From Candidatus Hydrogenedentota bacterium (GTDB taxonomy: Bacteria; Hydrogenedentota; Hydrogenedentia; Hydrogenedentales; SLHB01), in the NCBI GenBank assembly GCA_034408725.1, contig JAWXCN010000039.1:1-15188 (forward strand): a stretch of DNA of 15,188 nt, in the 5' to 3' direction. Positions 5,974-13,284 of the stretch are shown here, one piece after another. A program made the translations under genes and the position numbers. Every line of letters begins with the position of its first letter. The first letter of the stretch is position 1. Under the pieces are notes generated by a model, which worked only from the letters and a program-made list of their open reading frames with translations, was not told where the DNA came from and did not search any database.

Positions 5974-6603
5974 CTACTGGCTTTCCATAAACTCGTGGGA
6001 AAGTTCGGCGACGGTCCGCGTCATGGGAAACTCCTGGGGATAGCGCACATAGGTCGAATGTCCGTCCGAATACAGGACCGTGGCGCCGAGCGTGCCGCTT
6101 GTGGTCTCCGTCAGGTCGGTCGAAATGAATTCCCAAATTTGCGGGGTCGATTCATCGCGACCCTGAAACGCGGTCATCGGCGGTAACGAATATGTATTGT
6201 CCTCGTATGTTGCCACCAGCGATCCGCCGCTCCATTGCAACGGCGTCGTATTCGCGGGGTCAAGCAACGTGGCGTAGTACGCCTGAAACTCTTCGTCATT
6301 CTTGACGACATACAGCAACTCGCTCGCGATCATCGATTCGTCTTTTCCGAGTTCAAGGTTCTGGCGAAACGCCGCGCGCGCTTCATCCCGGCCGGGAAGC
6401 GGTTCAACGTGTCGTGGCGAGTTGGCATTGTCAGCCATTTTCCCGATTTTATGCTGGCGGAAAGCTTCCTTGCCGGCGACTTCCTCGGCTTTGCGAAGGG
6501 CCTTGGCGAGTGTGGGGAGGTACAACGCCATTAGAATCGCAATAATGGCGACGACGACGAGCGTCTCGATGAGTGAAAAACCTTTTTTCTCGCGCAGTCT
6601 CAT
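5974..6603 (-). CDS. Prepilin-type N-terminal cleavage/methylation domain protein with an H-X9-DG-like C-terminal motif
   Basis: MRLREKKG/FSLIETLVVVAIIAILMALYLPTLAKA is a class III signal with Glu5; C-terminal GATVLYSDGHS. Start moved to ATG 6603 because SD AAGGA precedes it and a promoter candidate covers the longer start. Confidence 0.88.
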   Translation of the reverse strand: MRLREKKGFSLIETLVVVAIIAILMALYLPTLAKALRKAEEVAGKEAFRQHKIGKMADNANSPRHVEPLPGRDEARAAFRQNLELGKDESMIASELLYVVKNDEEFQAYYATLLDPANTTPLQWSGGSLVATYEDNTYSLPPMTAFQGRDESTPQIWEFISTDLTETTSGTLGATVLYSDGHSTYVRYPQEFPMTRTVAELSHEFMESQ

Positions 6604-6623
6604 TCGCGCATCCTTTGGCTTAA

Positions 6624-6652
6624 ACCGTAACACACGGGGGGGATCACGTCAA
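6624..6652 (-). promoter_or_regulatory. Possible promoter for the prepilin-type gene
   Basis: Minus strand TTGACG (6652-6647), 17 nt, TGtTACGGT (TACGGT at 6629-6624); weak -10. Confidence 0.4.
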
Positions 6653-6808
6653 CGCATGCCATGCAGCGGTTTCATCGACCCAATGGCCGTTGGAGGCGCA
6701 AGCGATCAACCCTACAGCCGTTGGAAAGGGGGATGCACGATTCGGTAAGCTGTGCGTTCCGCGCGGCCCGGTCCGGGCCATCAAACTACGAAACGGCAAA
6801 GGCGCTCC

Positions 6809-7867
6809 ATGTCAGCAAAGCACGAGATCATCTTGTCCGGCATTCGTCCAACGGGGCGGCTGCATTATGGGAACTATTTTGGGGCAGTGAAAAGTTTTTT
6901 GGACCTGCAGGAGCAGGGGCACCATTGCTACTACTTCATCGCGGACTACCACGCGTTAACGACCATTGGCGAGCGGGTTGATTTCTATCAGCAAACCGTG
7001 GACATGCTTCGCACCTATATCGCCTGCGGGTTGGACCCCGCGCGCTCGATTATCTACCGCCAAAGCGATTTACCGTCCACGACGGAATTGTGCTTATTGT
7101 TGGGCATGATCACGAACATTGGCTTCCTCGAACGCGGCACGACGTACAAAGATAAAATGGCCAAACTTGCCGCTGACGGAGAAGTCGAAGGCAATCCGCT
7201 GTCGTATGGTCTGTTGGGCTACCCGGTGTTGATGGCCGCGGACATTCTCATCGTGCGCGCAAACACGGTGCCGGTGGGCGACGATCAGCGCCAGCACGTC
7301 GAGATGGCGATGGACATCGCGCAAAAGTTCAACTCACGCTTCGGAGAAACATTGACGATTCCCAAGGCCGTTTCCCGGAACGCCCTTCGGCTTGCCGGTC
7401 TTGATGGCAGCGCCAAGATGGGGAAAAGCGACAACAACACACTGGATTTGTTGGACGTTCCGAAGGCCGTATTGAAAAAAATAAAGGGTGTGCAAACCAC
7501 AACCGACCCCGCGCCACTCGATGCGGCAACTGACGAACCGGACGACGTTATTCCGAAGTTGCCGCCGAGTCTGGCCGCGTTATACCGGATGCTGCATTTG
7601 CTCGCGCCACGCGAGGTGTACATCGACTTTGTTGGAAAATACAGGCGGGGCGAGAAGTTCTACGGGACACTAAAGACGACGCTCGCCGAATACGTGTCGC
7701 AATTCAACGCGCCGATCATCGAACGATATAACGCGCCGGACAATACGGAAGCGTTCGTCCGCGAGTTTCTGCGCGAGAACGCGAAAAAAGTCGCGCCGGT
7801 GGCGTTGGAAACCGTCGAGAGCGTCCGCGCTGCAATGGGGATTGGACGCAGCCTGTATCGCGGATAG
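6809..7867 (+). CDS. trpS: Tryptophan--tRNA ligase
   Basis: ILSGIRPTGRLHYGNYFG (HIGH-like), FIADYHALT, GLLGYPVLMAADIL, VPVGDDQRQHVE, KMGKS (KMSKS-like). Start set at ATG 6809 (MSAKHEIILSG). Confidence 0.97.
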   Translation: MSAKHEIILSGIRPTGRLHYGNYFGAVKSFLDLQEQGHHCYYFIADYHALTTIGERVDFYQQTVDMLRTYIACGLDPARSIIYRQSDLPSTTELCLLLGMITNIGFLERGTTYKDKMAKLAADGEVEGNPLSYGLLGYPVLMAADILIVRANTVPVGDDQRQHVEMAMDIAQKFNSRFGETLTIPKAVSRNALRLAGLDGSAKMGKSDNNTLDLLDVPKAVLKKIKGVQTTTDPAPLDAATDEPDDVIPKLPPSLAALYRMLHLLAPREVYIDFVGKYRRGEKFYGTLKTTLAEYVSQFNAPIIERYNAPDNTEAFVREFLRENAKKVAPVALETVESVRAAMGIGRSLYRG

Positions 7868-7897
7868 ACGCCGCTTGACCAACGGCTTCGTGCGCCG

Positions 7898-9382
7898 CTA
7901 CGCGGCGGCGGGGCGTTGCGCAGGTTCTTGAGGGGTTGCTTCGATTTGCTTTTGCCGTGTATCCCGAATGTGTTGGTTGATCGCAATCGTGCGCACGACG
8001 ACGGCGAGCGCAATCAAAAACCAGTACGGTTCCATGATGCGGACGATGATAAAACTCACCGTACCCAGTGAATGGACCGTCAACGCGACCGTGCCGGCGA
8101 AAATCCCGACACTGACGCCTTTCCCAAACCAGTCGCGGGAGAACAGAAACGCCTGGCGGGTTGTTTGGAGCAACCGGAACTGCAAGAAGACGAACGCAAG
8201 GCAACCGATGATCCCCGTCTCGATCAACACGCGGGCATACTGGCTGTCGAGCACGCGGTCCCACGAAACGCCGCCGCCGAGCCAGGGCCAAACGTGCAGG
8301 TTATAGTGGACCTTCTTCCACACGTACAGCCGCTCGCCGGTGGATTTGTCCACCTGTAAACCTGTTTCGTATCCGCCGACGGTTACGTCGTGACCGTGCT
8401 CTCGCTGGAACGTGTAATTCACGCGATCCTGCACGTCGTCGGGCATGATGAACGGGGATGCAACGAGTATCGCGCTGATTCCCGCGATAAGCGCGTACCG
8501 GCGCGTGGCGATGCCCAGCGTAAGGACCCCCGCGATGAATGCGAGGTAGGACGCGCGCGACAACGTGAACAGGAATGGAAAGAACGCGAACAGCACGATA
8601 CCTACTGTAAAAATGCGGTGCTTGCCGATGCGGGCCTGGGTATAAAGCCCGCCCGCGATGCACATCACGAGCACAAGATAGCCGCCCAGCGTGTTGGGTT
8701 CGGTGCCGCCCTGTTCAAATGGAGCACTGACGCGTTCCATGCCGCTGAAAAATCGTGAATGGAGACCATAGAGAGATACAACCAAGGCCACGGCGAAAAA
8801 TAGATAAATCTGTTGCCGGACTTGCCGCAGGCTGCGCACCGCATTGCCCACGAGCACGAAAATCATGTAGAACTCCGCCATCTTCAGCATGGTGAAAAAC
8901 GATTCATGCGTATCGAAGGCCGGCAACGCGCGTTGGTACGCATACATGGTCGAGAGCATGCAAATGCCGTAGTACAAAATAATTCCCGAATTGATCGGGT
9001 TCGGAAGCCACAGCGATTGGCGCCCTTCAAACGCGCACTTCACGAGCACGCCGATAAATACGATAACGATGAGGCCGTCGTTGTAGCGCACATTCAGCGC
9101 GCGATTTCCGATGCCTACCTTGCCCGCGTCAATCTCCGGCGACAACAACATCGCGATGACGAGGAAAAACACGCCGAGGTCCACGCGGAGAATCGTAAGT
9201 CCGAAGATGAGCGCGCTGACCGCGATGGACACCGTGAGCGCGGTGTTCTGCCAGTAACTGTGAATGAACAGCAGCGCCACTGCGGAGACCAGCATGAACC
9301 CCGCGAAGAACGGAAATTCGACGCGGCTTTCGGCCGTCTCGCCGCGACCAATCTGGTAGTCTGGATTACGAAAATTCAGCAT
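7898..9382 (-). CDS. O-antigen ligase/Wzy polymerase family integral membrane protein
   Basis: About 12 hydrophobic segments; Wzy_C-type motifs EPNTLGGYL, FTLSRASYLA, ERLYVWK, DSQYARVLIETGIIG; lies directly downstream of a wzc-like gene. Confidence 0.88.
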   Translation of the reverse strand: MLNFRNPDYQIGRGETAESRVEFPFFAGFMLVSAVALLFIHSYWQNTALTVSIAVSALIFGLTILRVDLGVFFLVIAMLLSPEIDAGKVGIGNRALNVRYNDGLIVIVFIGVLVKCAFEGRQSLWLPNPINSGIILYYGICMLSTMYAYQRALPAFDTHESFFTMLKMAEFYMIFVLVGNAVRSLRQVRQQIYLFFAVALVVSLYGLHSRFFSGMERVSAPFEQGGTEPNTLGGYLVLVMCIAGGLYTQARIGKHRIFTVGIVLFAFFPFLFTLSRASYLAFIAGVLTLGIATRRYALIAGISAILVASPFIMPDDVQDRVNYTFQREHGHDVTVGGYETGLQVDKSTGERLYVWKKVHYNLHVWPWLGGGVSWDRVLDSQYARVLIETGIIGCLAFVFLQFRLLQTTRQAFLFSRDWFGKGVSVGIFAGTVALTVHSLGTVSFIIVRIMEPYWFLIALAVVVRTIAINQHIRDTRQKQIEATPQEPAQRPAAA

Positions 9383-9393
9383 CGATCATTCCA

Positions 9394-9480
9394 GGGAGGG
9401 CACGCGTCCCCGCGCGCCTAAGCGACTTGTAACCTGTACAAAAATCAGAATAAGAAGCGCGCGAGGACGCGTGCCCTCCC
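9394..9480. repeat. REP doublet (REPIN-like), GGAGGGCACGCG type
   Basis: GGGAGGGCACGCGTCCCCGCGCGCCT (9394-9419) and inverted AAGCGCGCGAGGACGCGTGCCCTCCC (9455-9480), 24/26 match; each arm is itself an imperfect hairpin; 35-nt AT-rich spacer. Confidence 0.8.
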
Positions 9481-9484
9481 GCCA

Positions 9485-11731
9485 TTAGAAATGAAACCAG
9501 CGCTTCTTCCGGCGCGTATCGCTGTCGTCGTAGTAGTAATAGTAGTAGTAATAATGGCGGCGCGAGGCTTCGAGTCCGTTCAGTACCACGCCCGCGAGGT
9601 GTGCCCGGGCGCTGTCGAGAAGTTTCTTGCCGCGAATGACGGTTTCGCGCCGCGCGTACTTCACGGACAACACGAGGACGCAGGCATCGACTTCTGTCGC
9701 AAGCAACACGGGATCGGTGACGACGAGCATGGATGGCGCGTCGCAGATGACCAGATCGAATTCGCCTTCAAGCTGGACCATTAGTTTCCGCATGCGGTCC
9801 GAACCGATCAGCTCGGAGGGATTTGGCGGCACACGCCCACTCGAAATGATCCAGAGATTGTCGACGCGCGTCGGCCGGATCACGTTGTGTACGTCAAAAC
9901 CCTCGCGCAGCACGTCTGCAAGGCCGGGCCCACGGTCCGTCTTGAGCACGTGGTGAACGTGCGGGCGGCGCAGGTCGGTGTCGATAATGAGCACGCGCAT
10001 ACCGCTGTCGGCGAACGTCACTGCCATGTTCACCGCCGTTGTCGTCTTGCCTTCGCCGGGCACCGCGCTTGTCACCATGATGCTCTTGGGCTTGATGTGA
10101 AGCGTCGAAAGCTGGAGGTTCGTGCGCAACGTGCGGTAAGCCTCGGAGATCGGCGACTTGGGATAGTTCTGCGTCACGATGCAAGCATCTACCTCGCTAC
10201 CGTCTGTTAACGGCACGTAATCGCCGCGATACTTTCCGCGGGCGCGCCCGAACCGCATTTGCGGAATCGTGCCGATGACGTCGAGGCCGAGGTATTCCGA
10301 AACGTCTTCGATGTTTCGGATCGAGGTGTCGCTCAACTCGAACATGACCGCAAGGATGAATCCGACGACCAGCCCGATGAACCCTCCGATAACGAAGCTG
10401 AACCAAGGTTTGACCTGCCGCCCAGATGGCAGCTCGGCGGACATTGTCGCGCCCTGGCGTTCGACGGAGCCCTGCTCGCGGCTGAGTCCCGTCGCAATCT
10501 GAAATTCCTTGTCCAACAGCGCATTCAACTGGTTGCGCAATTGTTCCGTCTTGCGGACCAGGTTTTGGTAATCCTTGTCCTTCTCCGCAAGCGCGGGGAT
10601 CATGCTTTCCAGTTCGTTAATGAGCTTGCGGTTCGTCGAAGTCTGAATGTCGAGCGACGTGAGCTGCAACTGTAAACCGAGATACTGCTCGCGCAAGCTA
10701 CGCCGGTCCTCGAGCACGTTGCGGCCCGCGCTCGAACCCGAATCCACTTCCTTCATTGCCTGAAGGATTGCCTGTTCTTTTTCCTGAATCTCCGCTTCGA
10801 GTTCGGCCAACGGCCCCTGGCTGGGTTGCCACACCACGGAAAGCTGAATGCGTTGTGTATGGAGCTTGTTTAGTTCTTCAAGCAGGTTCGCGATGACCTC
10901 GTCGGGAATTTGACCAATGGAGAGCGGCAGCGACTCATTTTTCGCGCGCAACTGCTCCTCGATGTTGAGCATCTTCGCATGAATTTCTTCCTGGGTCGTT
11001 TCAGTGTTGATCACGTCCTGCGTCAACGCCTGCATTTCTTCCGTCACCTGTTCCTTGGTGCGGAAACCCATGTCCTTGCGATATTGCCAGAGTTCGTTGT
11101 CCGCGCGATCCAGTTCGCCGCGCAGCTCATCCAGTTTTGTGACGACGAACCGGTGCGTATCTTCTTCTTCCTCGCTCAGAAACTGCCGGTTGCGGTCAAT
11201 GAACACGCGCGCGCCGAACTCGGCCATGCGTTTTGCGTCTACCTCGCTGGCTCCGTGCGCGGTGATGCGAATCATTCCGCTTTCCTGTATCGGCTCTACA
11301 GCGAGCAGGGCTTCGACGTCCGCGACCTTTGTTGCGAGTTCCTCCTCCGTAACCACGGATGCAAACGCGCGGCCATCGGATATGTCCTGCTGGATAAGCG
11401 CGCGCGTTACGTCCTCGGCTACGCCGCGCCGGCTGACGCGGTCCACGAGTGCCTGCGGCGAGGATTCGAATAGCGGTTTCCCGCCCACGTCCCGGAGTAG
11501 CGCGCGTTCCCACGGCGACTGGCGCACGATGAGGTCCGCGGTCCCTTGGAATTGCGGACGCAGCTTGAAGGCGTACATGCCATAGACGCCGTAGACAAGC
11601 GATGCGACGACCGCGAAGATCGCGATCATCTTCCAACGGCGCAGCGCAACGCTGAGAACAAACCGGAATTGGTTCTCGCGCGTGCCCGATTGTTGGGCTG
11701 CCTGTTCGAGGGCTGCGGTTTCGCTGGCCAT
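9485..11731 (-). CDS. wzc: Polysaccharide co-polymerase/tyrosine autokinase (Wzc-type, PCP-2a; GumC plus CpsD/CapB domains)
   Basis: Two TM helices flanking a long coiled-coil periplasmic region; PKSPISEAYRTLRTNL, Walker A VTSAVPGEGKTT, Walker A' IIDTDLRRP, PPNPSELI, Walker B VICDAP, C-terminal Tyr cluster. Start set at ATG 11731, 7 nt after the upstream stop. Confidence 0.93.
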   Translation of the reverse strand: MASETAALEQAAQQSGTRENQFRFVLSVALRRWKMIAIFAVVASLVYGVYGMYAFKLRPQFQGTADLIVRQSPWERALLRDVGGKPLFESSPQALVDRVSRRGVAEDVTRALIQQDISDGRAFASVVTEEELATKVADVEALLAVEPIQESGMIRITAHGASEVDAKRMAEFGARVFIDRNRQFLSEEEEDTHRFVVTKLDELRGELDRADNELWQYRKDMGFRTKEQVTEEMQALTQDVINTETTQEEIHAKMLNIEEQLRAKNESLPLSIGQIPDEVIANLLEELNKLHTQRIQLSVVWQPSQGPLAELEAEIQEKEQAILQAMKEVDSGSSAGRNVLEDRRSLREQYLGLQLQLTSLDIQTSTNRKLINELESMIPALAEKDKDYQNLVRKTEQLRNQLNALLDKEFQIATGLSREQGSVERQGATMSAELPSGRQVKPWFSFVIGGFIGLVVGFILAVMFELSDTSIRNIEDVSEYLGLDVIGTIPQMRFGRARGKYRGDYVPLTDGSEVDACIVTQNYPKSPISEAYRTLRTNLQLSTLHIKPKSIMVTSAVPGEGKTTTAVNMAVTFADSGMRVLIIDTDLRRPHVHHVLKTDRGPGLADVLREGFDVHNVIRPTRVDNLWIISSGRVPPNPSELIGSDRMRKLMVQLEGEFDLVICDAPSMLVVTDPVLLATEVDACVLVLSVKYARRETVIRGKKLLDSARAHLAGVVLNGLEASRRHYYYYYYYYDDSDTRRKKRWFHF

Positions 11732-11738
11732 GCTCGTA

Positions 11739-13265
11739 TTAGTCTCTACGGGCCTCGTTGCGCGACACGGGCACACCGATCGCCGGGCCGACGATTTCGG
11801 ATTTGGCCGTCACATCCAGCATGCGGTCCCACGTAACCGATTCCGGCGTGTCATGGACCGTCGGCGTAAGGAAAACCATGAGTTCCGTTTGGGAGCGCGC
11901 TTTCTCAGTATGTTTGAACAACTTGCCCAGCACCGGCACACTGCCGAGCCCCGGCACCTTCTGTTCGATGTTGCGCAAATCATTCCGATAGATACCGCCG
12001 ACGACCAGTGTCTGTCCGTCACGCACGTTCGATTCTCCGGTGTAACTCCGCACGGAGCGGATGGGCACGCCATTGTTCGAGCCTGACGGAAACGACACTT
12101 CGGGTTTGAATTCCAGTTTCACGTAAGGGCCTTTGTCATCGCGATGCACATGCGGTGTCACGACCATCTTGATGCCCAGATCGAGAAAGCGGGTCGAGAA
12201 ATTTGCGCGGCCCGATACTTCGGTGCCGAATTCCGTGTAGGGGAATTCGTCGATCATTTTGATTTCCGCTTCTTTGTGGTTGACCGTCAGAATGTTTGGA
12301 TTGGCCAAAAGCTCGGCATTGTTGTCTGCAACAAGCGCGTCGATCATGAGGCCGAGGTCGATATGCTCATTTAGCAGGCCGAGAAAGAGCTGGCCCGTCT
12401 TCGGAATTTGCAATGGGATATTCACCCGGCGATCAAAGTCCGGATCGTCCAGGAAGCGGCGGGTAATGTTGCTCAGCGCGTCGCCTGCGCCGCCGTTGTC
12501 GTTGTTTATGATTTCATTATTCAAGGGCGAGGCCGCTTGACCCTTGAGCGAATTGATGCCTACGTCCTGCGATGGCATCGGGTAATATCCGGCGCCTACC
12601 TCGTTACCCTGCACAAACCAGCGGACTCCGAGTTCTTTGAGCGCGCCGACTTTTACCTCGGCGATTTTTGCCTCGATGCGGACCTGCTGCAACTGGCTTT
12701 GCATTTGATCCAGCCGCGATATAATGGAGAGCATGTTCTGAATCGTTGTGGGCGTGTCAGTGATGATCAGGGTGTTAGTGGTTTCGTCGTGGCTGATGCT
12801 GCCGCCTTCGGTCGTCATGCCGTCCAGCGCCGTCCGCAGGGTTTCCGCGTTCGAGTTTTGCAGCGGCAGTAATTCCGTGCGCATCTCTTCCGTGCGATAG
12901 CCAACGTTGTAGCCGGGCCCGCTACGCGACACCTTCACGCGAGGATTACGCAGGATGGCCGACAGCAGGTTTGCCACGCGGTCCGCCGCTTCCTGTTCGC
13001 TTAATCCCGCAATGGTGACCGAGCCCGCGTACGGCAGTATGATGTTGCCGTTCGCGTCCACTTGGGTGGTCGTCGACATTTCCGGGCGGCGATACACGTC
13101 GATATAGACAAGGTCGCCTGGCAAGATGCCGCCGTTCTGGGCCGGTTCTGGCGCGACGATGACTGGCGGATTGATCCGCGACATCGGCGAAGGTTCTTCC
13201 GCGCGCGCTCCGCAAGAAAAAGCGAGCAGGGTGGCCAGCGCCACTTTCGCAAATGTTGGTTTCAT
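11739..13265 (-). CDS. Hybrid protein: Wza/OPX Poly_export domain + secretin N3-type domain + type II/III secretion-family secretin domain (about 508 aa)
   Basis: Signal peptide ...ARA/EE. aa ~46-113: ILPGDLVYIDVYRRPEMS...VDANGNIILPYAGSVTIAGLS...LRNPRVKV (Poly_export). aa ~128-187: TELLPLQNSNAETL...SISHDETTNTLIITD...IISRLD (Secretin_N). Then QVRIEAKIAEV...ELGVRW, LLANPNILTVNHKEAEI, LGIKMVVTPHV, VRDGQTLVVGG, KVPGLGSVPVLGKLF, TELMVFLTPTV (secretin). SD AAGGAG at 13276-13271; alternative ATG at 13268. Confidence 0.9.
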   Translation of the reverse strand: MKPTFAKVALATLLAFSCGARAEEPSPMSRINPPVIVAPEPAQNGGILPGDLVYIDVYRRPEMSTTTQVDANGNIILPYAGSVTIAGLSEQEAADRVANLLSAILRNPRVKVSRSGPGYNVGYRTEEMRTELLPLQNSNAETLRTALDGMTTEGGSISHDETTNTLIITDTPTTIQNMLSIISRLDQMQSQLQQVRIEAKIAEVKVGALKELGVRWFVQGNEVGAGYYPMPSQDVGINSLKGQAASPLNNEIINNDNGGAGDALSNITRRFLDDPDFDRRVNIPLQIPKTGQLFLGLLNEHIDLGLMIDALVADNNAELLANPNILTVNHKEAEIKMIDEFPYTEFGTEVSGRANFSTRFLDLGIKMVVTPHVHRDDKGPYVKLEFKPEVSFPSGSNNGVPIRSVRSYTGESNVRDGQTLVVGGIYRNDLRNIEQKVPGLGSVPVLGKLFKHTEKARSQTELMVFLTPTVHDTPESVTWDRMLDVTAKSEIVGPAIGVPVSRNEARRD

Positions 13266-13284
13266 CATATCTCCTTCCCAAGGG

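Noticed and set aside
6660-6808. T-box or Trp attenuator upstream of trpS
   Set aside because: No AGGGTGGNACC T-box motif, terminator or Trp-rich leader peptide seen.
7868-7897. Terminator between the convergent trpS and wzy-like genes
   Set aside because: Only a weak 4-bp stem without a U tract.
11739-13265. Calling this gene plain gspD/pilQ or plain wza
   Set aside because: It lacks N0-N2/AMIN domains and any adjacent T2SS/T4P genes, and also lacks SLBB repeats and the Wza helix; neither name fits.
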